DNA of 28,756 nt from the NCBI RefSeq assembly GCF_006345805.1, contig NW_021833220.1, positions 1-28,756 of the forward strand. Direction: 5' to 3'. Position 1 is the first letter of the stretch, and every line of letters starts with the position of its first letter. Origin of the DNA: Octopus sinensis. Taxonomy: Eukaryota. Positions 1 through 13,030 of this stretch are shown here, piece by piece. The notes beneath the pieces were generated by a model. The model was not told the DNA's origin. It made no database searches and saw only the letters and a program-made list of their open reading frames with translations. A program made the position numbers and the translations under genes.

Positions 1-135
1 ATACATATATACGTATGTAAATATATGCACACACACACACATATATATATATATGTATATATATACATATACATATATATGCACACACGTATACACACAC
101 ACACACACATATATACATATATATATATATATATA
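1..135. repeat. (TA)n/(CA)n microsatellite
   Basis: Direct inspection. Confidence 0.95.
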
Positions 136-452
136 GGGGTAAAATATGAAAAATCAACGAAAATGCATATTGCAAATAGAAAAAGGCTATTTATGACAGG
201 TAGTGACAAATATATACATTTAGATTGACTGAGGTAGTAATACGGGTCATAAAGGTCATTATTATGAGATGATTATACGATGATAATAAAGTAAGAGAAC
301 AAAACGAACTAGTGGTTTACGCGAAGCTATTCATCGTTTGAACAACACCGGTTAATATACGGTGATGTGTGTGTGTGTATAGAGAGAGAGAGAGAGAAAG
401 AGAAAGAGAGAGAGATGAGAGACAGACAGACAGATAGATACATGCATACTTA

Positions 453-495
<43 letters not shown>

Positions 496-1038
496 CGCAC
501 CAAGAAAGCCCTAAACAAACTTTTTAAAAGCTATAAACCTGGGTATTTAATTCGAAATTGACACGATGGTGGCCAATTTCTTAAATGTTACTCGAAACTT
601 GAACACGCACCTTTTCTGTAAACCTTTTCAACCAATCTTTACAATATATAAATGTCCTCTCTAATCACCCTAAACTTACCCTTAATAGCGTAGTCACAGT
701 CATATCTATTAGAATCTCTAACATATCTGCTAACGAAGAAAATTTCGAGACTCACGCCGCTTATATATATACGTTTTTTTTTGTATTAAATGATTTGACT
801 ATTTTTTGCATATCGTCATGCCTAATTTGCTCCTCTATCTGCTCAGGTTCAAACCTATTGAGCACTACGAGCTGTATTCTTTACAGAGAATATCTGTTTC
901 TCATCTCTCCCTATTTCTTTCGCTCTCTCCCTCTTTCTTTCGCTCTCTCCCTCTCTCCCTCTTCCTGCTTATGTCTGTGATTATCTTCCCTTTTACGTGT
1001 ATGAGAAGAAATAAAGTGTTTATGTCAATCGTGTTCAA

Positions 1039-1210
<172 letters not shown>

Positions 1211-1214
1211 CTAA

Positions 1215-1325
1215 GCAATAAGGGTTTAGCAACGAGTTGCCTTACCACGTACCGAATTTAGAAATAGCAGTCAAAGGGTTATAGCTATTTCTTCTACTAA
1301 AAAGGGAGACCTCAGTAAAAACAGC
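1215..1325 (+). repeat. Unclassified dispersed repeat (second copy inverted at about 19745-19860)
   Basis: agggtttagcaacgagttgccttaccacgtaccgaatttagaaatagcagtc...tatttcttctactaaaaaggga matches the reverse complement of 19745-19860. Confidence 0.7.
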
Positions 1326-1374
<49 letters not shown>

Positions 1375-2183
1375 GTGTATAGAGAGAGAGAGGGGAAGAG
1401 AAAGAGAGAGAGAGATGAGAGACAGACAGACAGACAGATAGATATATGGATACATACCTATACCTATTCATACATATACTCGTCATCGATTAACGTGTAT
1501 AGAAATCAAGTGTGTATATGTATCTATATAAATATATAAGTATATATATATGTACAGAAATATTTTATCTTTGAAACAAACAAAAAAGTTTTTTTCATAT
1601 AAGTGTGTTTAAAATAACGGATGAATTTTTCTGCGCCTTTCACCGAAATGCAACATGGCTTAAGTCTTTGCTATTCTTCAACTTAATCAAATATCAACAT
1701 TCTGATTTAATCAAATGTACAGAAGCAAGCGCTGATCCTATCAATTTCTGTCTACTTCAATGTCGTACGTGACTTCATTCATATTGACTTATCACAACAG
1801 ACTTATGTTTTCAGGCGACTTCATCTGATGTCCTTTTGTTCCTTCTTCGAACCGACACCGTCTTCAATTTGGCTTAGCTTCTTTGCTTCTTTGTTTCCTC
1901 TGCTTCTTTGCAGCTTATGAAAATCCATAAACTATCACTAGTTAGTAAGCCAGTCAGATATTATATATATGTATATGCATGTGTTTGTGTATGTACGTGA
2001 ATGTGTGTCTCTGTATGTCTATACATAAGTGTATGTAGATATACATACATACATATACATAATTATATATATATATATATATATGATTAAGTGTATAAAT
2101 ATATATAGAGAGAGGGGGGAGAGGGAGAGAGATTACATACTGGTACTCGTATCCATACGTACACGTGCACGCACATATGTATA

Positions 2184-2228
<45 letters not shown>

Positions 2229-2284
2229 ATATATAGTAGAAATATGTTATAAGAAGAAAATATAAAATACCACGTGGAAATATA

Positions 2285-2287
2285 ATA

Positions 2288-2319
<32 letters not shown>

Positions 2320-2451
2320 TTATTATCTATTATCTATCTATATCTATCTATCTATCTATCTATTCTATCTATCTATCTATCATCTATATCTATATCTATC
2401 TATCTATCTATCTATCTATCATCTATCTATCTATCTATCTATATATATATA

Positions 2452-2494
<43 letters not shown>

Positions 2495-2520
2495 ATATAG
2501 ATAGATATATATATATATAT
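2285..2520. repeat. (TATC)n/(TA)n compound microsatellite
   Basis: Direct inspection. Confidence 0.95.
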
Positions 2521-4036
2521 GTTTCTCTCTCTGTGCTTATTTTTGCATCTTCCCTTTTACGTGTATGAGGAGATATAGTGTTTATGTCAATCGTGTTCAA
2601 TTCTTCCGTTATAATGTTTCTCTCTGTCTCCTACCTCTCAGTTTCTCTATCTGTATGCGCATATTTCTGGGACGTCTGCGTGTCTGTGCTTTCCTCCAAT
2701 GCCAAAAAGTGCTGGTCACCATAGCAAGTTCAGTGTCCAGTCAGCCGCGCCAAATTGCTAGCATCTAAGTTGCCGCACCTAGTCGTCCTCTTCCGACCAT
2801 TACATTGCCATCCATAGAGCAATGCCAGTCGAATATTCCACAAATACTGAGCACCATGTCTTTAAGAGGAGTGCAGAGTTTTTAAAGTTCGTACTAAGCA
2901 AACCCGATACCACCACGGAGTAAATTCTGTCCTTGCTGATTAACAAAATGTTAACGATGTTACAGAAATCAAGTTAGCTTACAGCTATGCAAGGAAACCG
3001 GGAATTAGTATGAAAACTGGAGATAAAACTATAGTACATATGGGACGTATAAGGAAATCCTGAGTTTAAATTCAGAAAATTTTTAATTTACTCAAATTTT
3101 AGCTTAATGACGAAAAAACCCTGTTTTTCCCTCTCTTTTCGTGTACCATTCCTACCATTCATTGTTGATCACAGACCTCTGTATCAAAATTTGAAAATTT
3201 TAAAGCTTTTTTGAAAGATACCGAAATTAATTCCCTGTTGCTTTCTGTGATATAGTTACAATTCACTCTGCAAGTCTTACGCTTTCTTGAATTCGTACTT
3301 CAGACACAGTGTCTATTTAACCCTGGATCAATCCTCTGGGGCCTGTTAACCCTTTATAAAGGAAGAATGGTTCATGTGACACCCTAGCATTCTCAGATAC
3401 ATGTGTGATACCTGTCCAGGAGGCAAGCTCCTTTCCTAGTCCTGAATGTATTAGCCACAAATCTATCTGCTTTTCCTCGACCCATACCTCGGGCTCTCGA
3501 CAGGTACTCAGAACAGACCAGCAAGCATTGGTCATTGAAATGTAATTCCTTGCCCCAAATCCATCAACTACCGAGCTAGAGCTTCACCAATGGATGCAGT
3601 TTAATATCTTTTCCAGGGCATCAATATATAAAACCTATATATATTCTTTAAATAATTTCCTTCCTCCCGACTGACAACATACATCCTAAAGGCTTAGACT
3701 TTGCTGACAGTGAATATATCTTAAGGGCAAATTTCGATCTTAGTTCTGAACTTAAGCTACCCTCTCCTATCGTTGTTATTGCAATTGAAATGCATTATGA
3801 AAACTCATATGACTACATACATAAATTTTCGTTTTACAATACGCTTTAATTAACGAGGATAAAAAAATATGGCTCGAATTAATAAATCTCTTGAGATAAA
3901 AATGGAAAGAAAAAACTAAATGTGCAGTTGCCAAGTGTAATTCGATAAATCAACATTCTGTAAGCAATACTTCTCAAATACTCTCTAGAATACTTGACGT
4001 TAAAACAACCACAGTAATTGAATATAAGAGAACTAC

Positions 4037-4465
<429 letters not shown>

Positions 4466-5010
4466 TATGTACGTAGTTATCTATAAGTTCAGTATATTTC
4501 AAATACTTCCATACATCACATTTCAGAAATTTTCTCTATATTTCTAATTAACCTTTATTTCAAGAAGTTATAATACTTATGGCTCTTAAACCGAAAAATA
4601 TTGTAACACTTTGATAATACATTCCTATCATAATAACACATAAAACCTGACAGCTTTCAATAAAGCAATTTCTAGCTCTATGTGAATATATATTAGATTA
4701 AATAACTATGGATATAGTTTATTTGAACGATTTAAAGAAACGACGTAAGCAGTCTGTCTAGTCTGATAAGAATGAATTTGTTGCTGTTCTTGATGTTAAT
4801 ACCCCGATCATCCGAGATCGAGGAGAGCTATGTTCTAAGCCAAATATGGGTTGACTGCGGCCCGCGAAACTTATTGAATAGCATGCCTAACGAAAAATTA
4901 TATTGAATTTTATTTTAATAGTGCACCCTGCATGATGGTGGAGGGTGTATCTCATGCGGCCCCCTTATCAGAAAAGCGCTTCAGACATGACAATTCCCCC
5001 TTTGTTTTTA

Positions 5011-5175
5011 GGAGTGGCTGTGTGGTAAATAGCTTGCTTACCAGCCACATTGTCCCGGGTTCAGTCTCACTGCGTGGCACCTTGGGTAAGTGTCTTCTAC
5101 TATAGCTTCAGGCCGACCAAAGCCTTGTGAGTGGATTTGGTAGACGGAAACTGAAAGAAGTCCGTCGTATATATG

Positions 5176-5212
<37 letters not shown>

Positions 5213-5240
5213 GTATGTGTGTGTATATGTTTGTGTGTCT
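5011..5240 (+). mobile_element. tRNA-derived CORE-like SINE (family A), head plus microsatellite, 3' part replaced by SINE B
   Basis: A-box-like TGGCTGTGTGG, B-box-like GGGTTCAGTC, CORE-like gtggcaccttgggtaagtgtctt; matches the copies at 7384, 8545 and 18820. Confidence 0.85.
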
Positions 5241-5244
5241 GAAA

Positions 5245-5608
5245 TTTTGGGGGAAGGGGCCAGTCGATTAGATCGACTCCCGTACGCAACTCTTACTTAC
5301 CGACTCCAAAAGGATAAAAGGCAAAGTCGACCTCGGCCGAATTTGAACTCAGAACGTAAAGACAGACGAAATACCTATTTCTTTACTACCCACAAGTGGC
5401 TAAACACAGAGGAGACAAACAAGGACAGACAAGCGGATTAAGTCGATTATTACGACCCCAGTGCATAACTGGTACGTAATTTATCAACCCCGAAAGGATG
5501 AAAGGCAAAGTCCAGCTCGGCGGAATTTGAACTCAGAACGTACCGGCAGACGAAATACGACTACGCATTTAGCCCGGCTTGCTAACGTTTCTGCCAGCTC
5601 GCCGCCTT
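5245..5608 (-). mobile_element. tRNA-derived SINE (family B) with duplicated body
   Basis: Sense strand starts ggcggcgagctggcagaaacgttagc, B-box-like GAGTTCAAATTCC; the body gtcgactttgcctttcatcc...cgacttaatc occurs twice. Confidence 0.85.
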
Positions 5609-5751
5609 CTATCTTGAATATATGATCTTATAAACATCTTCCTTTTTCTCTTAAAAAATTTGAGATGTATGTTGCAATTTGAGAGAGACCTAGCTGTTAT
5701 TTCTAGCAGAATGAGCGACCACATAAACATTATATCAGTTATATATTTTTA

Positions 5752-5964
5752 TCTTTTATTTACTTCTCTCAGTCCTTAGACTGCAGTAAAGGCTATGGCA
5801 CCGTCTTAAAGAATTTTTAGCCAAATGAATCGACCCATGTTTCTTTTGTTAAGCCTTGCACTTATTCCATCGGATTCTCTATTACGAAACCGCTAATTTA
5901 CGGAGTCGTAAAGACACCAAACCGGTTTTCAAGTGTTACTAGGGGACAAACACACAAACATACA
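5752..5964 (-). mobile_element. Highly diverged 3' half of SINE family A
   Basis: Colinear with 7400-7600 (cagtc..gactgc..gcaccg..aatcgaccc..aagcc..cttattc.atcgg..gaaaccgcta..acgg..cgtaaa.acacca..ggacaaacacac). Confidence 0.65.
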
Positions 5965-6106
5965 TACGAGGGGTGTTCATTAAATATTTCCACTGACCCA
6001 CTTTTGTTTATTGCAGGAAACGGAACATGTACAGGTATAATCATACATGTATCTTCATGCAACATCGTAAATTGTAGCTTCCCACTAGTATGTGTTTGTC
6101 TTTTCC
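5965..6106 (+). mobile_element. Possible solo left end of a mariner-type element
   Basis: TA followed by CGAGGGGTGTTCATTAAAT, a common Tc1/mariner terminal signature; interrupted by SINE B at 6107; no partner TIR found. Confidence 0.35.
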
Positions 6107-6877
6107 AGGCAAAGTCGACCTCGACGGAATTTGAACTCAGAACATAAAGACAGACAAAATACCGCTATGCATTTCGCCCGGCGTGCTAACATTTCTTATT
6201 TGTTTATTGCCCACAAGGGGCTAAACATAGAGAGGGCAATCAAGGACAGACAAAGAGATTAAGTCGATTACATCGACTTCAGTGCGTAAATGGTACTAAT
6301 TTAATCGACCCCGAAAGGATGAAAGGCAAAGTCGACCTCGGCCGAATTTGAACTCAGAACGCAGCGGCAGACGAAATACATATTTCTTTACTACCCACAA
6401 GGGGCTAAACACAGAGGGGACAAACAAGGACAGACAAACGTATTAAGTCGATTTCATCGACCCCAGTGCGTAACTGGTACTCAATTTATCGGGCCCGAAA
6501 GGATAAAAGGCAAAGTGGACCTCGGCGGAATTTGAACTCAGAAGGTAACGGCAGACGAAATATCTATTTCTTTACTACCCACAAGGGGCTAACACAGAGA
6601 GGACAAACAAGGACAGACAAACAGATTAAGTCGATTACATCGACCTCAGTGCGTAACTGGTACTTAATTTATCGATCCCGAAAGGTTGAAAGGCAAAGTC
6701 TACCTCGGTGGAATTTGAACTCAGAACGTAACGGCAGACGAAATACCGCTAAGCATTTCGCCCAGCATGCTAACGCTTCAGCCATCTTGCTGCCTTTAGT
6801 TAGTAAAATAGTGAAGGAAAACATGATACGTAAGCATTTTGCCCGACGTGCTAACGTTTCTGCCAGCTCACCGCCTT
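6107..6877 (-). mobile_element. Cluster of SINE B copies with tandemly repeated ~183-bp body
   Basis: aggcaaagtc...gaatttgaactcagaa recurs at 6107, 6324, 6508 and 6691; head-like ends near 6190, 6795 and 6877. Confidence 0.85.
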
Positions 6878-6884
6878 AGAGAGA

Positions 6885-6921
<37 letters not shown>

Positions 6922-7383
6922 AGAGAAAGAGAGAGAGAGAGAGGATCTGCCGTGCAAAAACGTTCATCATATGGCCACAATTAATTTAATTCCACATGAA
7001 TTTCTTTCGCTGAATTCTGATAAAAATATCTGAAATACTTTTAAAACAAGAAACAGGAATATAATAGATTGTATGCATAGGTGCTCCACTAAAAAATTGT
7101 TTCAGTGTAAATAGAACCTAGTTAAACAGTTTTGCAAAATCTCAGAAAAGTCAATGTACTTTGAAATCTGTATATGAATAATAAATATGAATAAGTGATA
7201 TATTATACTAGAATAATATACACAATTTGTTTATTTACGTCTGAATAATATTATATTAATGATATATTTGCTTATGCAATATTGGTAGCTTACATTTTTT
7301 TCGTTTATTTCTAATTCACACACTTCTGCGTTTTATAAGAAAGGTGCCCCATGAGCAATTTCCTAGTTGGTACCCCGATTTGC

Positions 7384-7602
7384 TCTTTTACTCTTTTACT
7401 CTTTTACTTGTGTCAGTCATTTGACTGCGGCCATGCTGGAACACCGCCTTTAGTCGAGCAAATCGACCCCAGGAATTATTCTTTGTAAGACTAGTACTTA
7501 TTCTATCGGTGTCTTTTGCTGAACCGCTAAGCTACGGGGACGCAAACACACCTGCATCAGTTGTCAAGCGATGTTGGGGGGGGAGAAACACAGACACACA
7601 AG

Positions 7603-7634
<32 letters not shown>

Positions 7635-7826
7635 ACACACACACACACACACACACATACACACATATATATGTATACATATATACGACGGGCTTCTTTC
7701 AGTTTCTGTCTACCAAATCTACTCACAAGGCTATAGTATAAGACACATGGCCAAGGTGCCACGCAGTGGGACTGAACGCGGAACCATGTGGTTGGTAAGC
7801 AAGCTACTTATCACACAGCCACCCCT
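7384..7826 (-). mobile_element. Full-length SINE family A with internal (CA)n/(TA)n tract and (AGTAAAAG)n tail
   Basis: Head at 7826-7740, CORE-like segment, microsatellite about 7578-7685, 3' body ...ccagcatggccgcagtcaaatgactgacacaagtaaaag, tail unit repeated three times. Confidence 0.9.
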
Positions 7827-8004
7827 AAGCCTGTGAATTCATCGTAAAAAATTATTTTATCTGAGCGTTAAGCATTTTGATTCGTGTTTCACGGCGATAA
7901 CCAGTCGAAATCCTGTAAGGATTAAAAACGACTCATTAAGTCACAAATGCCCCAAAAAAAAAAAAAAAGAAAAAGGAAAATGCTTTGTTAGTGCTCATGT
8001 TAAG

Positions 8005-8235
8005 GTGGTAATCATGCAAAATTGTTAGCAACCCGAACAGAATACTTAGCGATATTTCTCCTGAAATTACATTCTGAGTTCAAATCCCGCCGAGGACAAG
8101 TTTGCTCTTTTGAGGTTGATGAGAGAGACTATCAAAAGAGCGTTGGATTCCATATAATCGACTAGCCGCCTCTTATTAAATATCAGGCTTTGTGCCTATG
8201 GCAGAATGATTATTAGTGTTCATGCTATTCTTATG
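8005..8235 (+). mobile_element. Old diverged SINE B copy
   Basis: tgttagcaacccgaacagaatacttagcgatatttc...cattctgagttcaaatcccgccgagg...taatcgactagcc is colinear with the SINE B sense strand. Confidence 0.65.
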
Positions 8236-8544
8236 TTTGCCGTATTTCGAATGTTTTGGTTGATATGAATCTCAATCGGCAGAGATGGCACGATTGGGGC
8301 GTTTAACCCAATTTTTTACTCTTGTCATTGTGTGAATCCTTTCACCTGCCCTTTTTTCACACTATATCTCTTTATAAGTGTGAAAACATAGAAGAGGCCT
8401 CGCAAGAACACATGCGAACATTAATGTTCTTACTATACACTAATTATCAGACTTCAATCGGGAAAGAAGAAGGAGTTCAAGAAATTATTGAAGTGTCGTA
8501 TAATTTGCGCTAATTACGTGGGATGTTTCTGCTTCGTAGGGGCA

Positions 8545-9185
<641 letters not shown>

Positions 9186-9477
9186 TCTGATGAAACAGAA
9201 TTTACCATCATTCGAAGTTATGCAATGGAAGAAAAATCAAAGAAATAGATATTAACAAATAATTCCATATGGACTGACAACAGCGACGTCTTTTAGAGAT
9301 GTATTACCTAATGTTGGCATCATATGGGGACAGACGTATTATTTAATGCTTATATTATACACAGATGTGTATAATATACTGACAGTATATACAGATATGT
9401 TATCTAGTCTGACGTCATACACAGATGTATATCTTACGGGAGCATCATAGACAGACACTAGTGACGTCATACACATA

Positions 9478-10752
9478 CAGGGGTTGGACAAAATAATGGA
9501 AACACCTTAAAATTTCAAACAAATTAATTTTAATATGTGGTAGGACCGCTTTTGGCTGTAATTACTGCTTGAATTCTACGAGGAATGGACTCCTACAAAG
9601 TTTGAATTGTTTCCAAAGGAAATTTTGTCCATTCTTCAGCTAAAACAATCTCCAGTTCTTGTAGCGATGATGGTGGAGGATATCGACTCCTTACGTGTTA
9701 TTCTAAAATGCACCAAAAATGAATGTTCAATAATATTGAGATCTGTGGACTGTGGTGGCCTAATAAGATGTTCAACTTCACTAGAATGTTTCTCATGCTA
9801 TTCAGTAACAACTTTAGCTGTGTGAATTGGTGAATTATCGCGAAAGATTGCGCTTCCCTCCGGAAACAGCTCCACAACCACAGGATGAATTTGATCAGAT
9901 AAAATGCTTAAATAATCTCGACTATTAATTCTGCCCTGAAGGGAAACCACTTGGCTGGCAGATTTCTAAGATATAGCCCCGCCAGATCATTACAGATCCT
10001 CCTCCATTTTTAACAGTTGGAAGAAAGCAGTCTGTTTCAAATGCTTCTTTTGGCTCTCTCCACACATATACTCGGCCGGTGGTCAGAAATAAGGTAAAGG
10101 ATGACTCGTCCGAGAAACTAACATTCTTCCACTGCTCTAGGAACCAGTTCTGTAGGATTTTACTCCGCTCTAAATGCTTTGCAATTTTGTTTTTGAAAGT
10201 AGTGGTTTTCTGATTGCAGCGCTCCCGTGAAATCCGGCTTTCTGCAACGCCCGGTGAACTTGATTCTTGTAGAAACTTGATTCTCGATGTGGTCATTAAG
10301 CACTAAATTAATTTTGGGAGCTGTACTTTTGTGATCCTTTCTAACAATTCGCGTAAGAGTCCGGCGGTCCTTATCTGAAAGTTTTGGTTGTCTTCCGGAG
10401 TTTTGTCTCGACGAGGAGGTTTTTCCCTCTTTCTCAAAGGCTGTCATTACTTTCGAGAGAGTACTTCTTGATACACCAAACATTTCGGCTGTTTTCGTTA
10501 CGCTAACGCCTGCCATACGAGCACCAACAATTTGACCTCTTTGAAACTCCGAGAGATCTGTCATTTTAATGAATTTTAATTACCTTTTTCTGATGATATC
10601 TGAAAAGAAACAGCAATTTTAGCAAAACATATTAAGCAACACTAATAATAAATAAAAAACATAAAAATAAACAAGCCTTTGACAGTTTTATAGATATTTC
10701 AAAATTATGATGCTATGATGCTAGTTGTTTCCATAATTTTGTCCAATCCCTG
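9478..10752 (-). mobile_element. Complete Tc1-like DNA transposon (1275 bp), DD36E type
   Basis: TIRs CAGGGGTTGGACAAAATAATGGAAACA (starts 9478) and TGTTTCCATAATTTTGTCCAATCCCTG (ends 10752); TA at 9476-9477 and 10753-10754; internal transposase. Confidence 0.95.
9530..10564 (-). pseudogene. Tc1-family transposase pseudogene (about 345 codons, frameshifts and stops)
   Basis: MTDLSEFQRGQIVGARMAG HTH start; SDES (D at 10110), PTVKNGGGSVMIW, RDNSPIH (D at 9839), PPQSTDLNIIE (E at 9728), ending ESIPRRIQAVITAKSGPTTY*. Frameshifts near 10265, 9980 and 9718; several TAG/TAA stops. Confidence 0.93.
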
Positions 10753-10904
10753 TATGTGTTGACACAAGCGATATCATAAACAAAACTGTGTTGACACAAG
10801 TGATGTCATGCACAAATGTGTTGGCAATATCGACACGGTTCACAAATGTGTTGACACTGGTGACGTGTCAACAGATGTGATATACAAAGATTTATGATCT
10901 AAAG

Positions 10905-11607
10905 CAGCGCTTCTTCAACTTTTTTCATTCATGATCCCATTTTTCATCACGAGGTTTTTCGTGACCCTAGGTATTAAATATGAAATATTAAATATGAAAT
11001 AAAACATACAAATAAATAAACTATTTATTTATTATTTTTTTTTTGCTGAACAATACTCTTTTACGCTTTTATTTGTTTCAGTCATTTGACTGTGGCCATG
11101 CTGGAGCACCACCTTCAGTCGAGCAAATCGACCCCAGGACTTATTCTTTGTAAGCCTAGTACTCATTCTATCGCAGTGGGACTGAACCCGGAACCATGTG
11201 GTTGGTAGGCAAGCTACTTACCACACAGCCACTCCTACGCCTATATACGTATAAAAAATATTATTATTCGTTAAAATAAAAGTAGTTTTAGGATTTGTAA
11301 AATAGAATATAAACTGAAAATCAAGTGTGTGAATTTAATTTTCGTGACCCCAGCTTTTTTCTTTGCGACCCATATGGGAGTTCATATGGCCCTTAGGGGT
11401 CTATACAAAATATTGTTGGTAAAATTTATTGGCTATACTTCTACAATACATAAGGTGTTTCAAAACTTTTTTAAATATAATTCCTAATAATATTCCATTA
11501 CAAAAATATAAAAGGATTTTATTGAAACATCGAATGGTTACGGGGATCCAATAGAGTAAAATAAGAATGAAAGGGACCTACAGGCAACAAATGGTTGAGA
11601 ACCACTG
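10905..11607. mobile_element. hAT (Charlie-like) non-autonomous element/MITE with a nested SINE
   Basis: Ends CAGCGCTTCTTCAAC (10905) and GTTGAGAACCACTG (11607); internal cgtgaccc/gcgaccc motifs; left flank ATCTAAAG resembles the Charlie NTCTAGAN target; the 8-bp TSD is not intact on the right (ATGTGTTC). Confidence 0.6.
11055..11240 (-). mobile_element. Internally deleted SINE family A nested in the MITE
   Basis: Tail portion joins directly to the head portion at tctatCG|cagtggg (about 11172). Confidence 0.85.
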
Positions 11608-12054
11608 ATGTGTTCTACATAACAGCTGTATAGTTTTCATAGTGTGCCTTTACCAAAATCGTACATAGTCCAAAATCTGAACATCAACCATGATGAGGCT
11701 GTGAGACTTGTTGCAGAAATAGCCTGCTGGTTAGTTGAAACCACTGAAGAACAATGTCACATTGGGACAAACCAAAGAGGAAAAAAACCCCAAAAGGTTG
11801 GAAATATATAGAACATTTGTCCAAATTGTATAAAATGTACTCTCATTACTATTACTGTAATTGGTTGATCAAATCTAGCATCAAATACAGATATGTGATG
11901 CAAGCAATGTCACTGAATCATTCAAAGATGTGTTGCTCTAGCTATAATACACACAGAATTCTACATTTAAACCTTACCAGTCACAATTTACCAGTCTAAA
12001 TACATACATACATACAGACGGATAGACATTCAGTCGGTCAGTCAGATAGATAGA

Positions 12055-12534
12055 TATGTTTCTTTATTGGCCACACAGGGTTGCACACAGGCGGGACAAA
12101 TTACAAGGTAGAGCTTTTCTTTTTGGGGAGAAAAAAAGGGGTAGGTTTTCAATCAAAAGGGATCGTAAAAAGGAAAGAAAAAAGAAAGAGAAAAGAAAGG
12201 GAAAACGATCAATAGCGATCGTGTATCACAGAAATGTCATGATATAAAGTGTAAAGGGGGAAACAGATGAGGCTTATCCGTGGAAAGAAAAGCCAAAAGA
12301 AAAGACTACGGTAACCTCGGCCAATAACGTCTCATGTTAACACATTTATTTGCAAGTAAGTAACTCTCTGTTTTAAATTTTTACGGTTCATAGGATCATA
12401 CTCAAGGCTGCTTCGTCATTCATAGTGCCATCCTTGCTACATTTACCCATCTTTTTTTGAAACATTCGCTAGACAAGACTTGCCTCTCTACTCTCACTTT
12501 CCTTTTCAAGTGATACTTGAAGCAGTTGATGAGA
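12055..12534 (-). mobile_element. 5'-truncated older copy of the same Tx1-like LINE (3'UTR plus last ORF2 codons)
   Basis: Colinear with 22411-22946 (atgtttctttattggccacacaggg...caagtgatacttgaagcagttgat). GATA/GATG repeats on both sides. Confidence 0.9.
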
Positions 12535-13000
<466 letters not shown>

Positions 13001-13030
13001 TATCTTTCTACCTGTCTATAAATCTATGTA

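Larger units (their letters stand above)
9355..10890. repeat. Degenerate ~30-bp minisatellite split by the Tc1 insertion (9355-9477 and 10753-10890)
   Basis: Units resembling acagatgtgttgacactagtgacgtcatac are present on both flanks of the transposon. Confidence 0.6.

Noticed and set aside
2640-3780. Unique-looking stretch tested for exons on both strands
   Set aside because: All frames I translated close quickly and no convincing acceptor-donor pair was found.
5011-5110. tRNA gene at SINE heads (also 5608, 7826, 8545, 18820)
   Set aside because: Only A/B-box-like motifs; no complete cloverleaf; each continues into a SINE body.
8322-8513. Protein-like plus-strand ORF after a pyrimidine tract
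   Set aside because: No donor site, no recognisable motif, and opposite strand to the better exon candidates.
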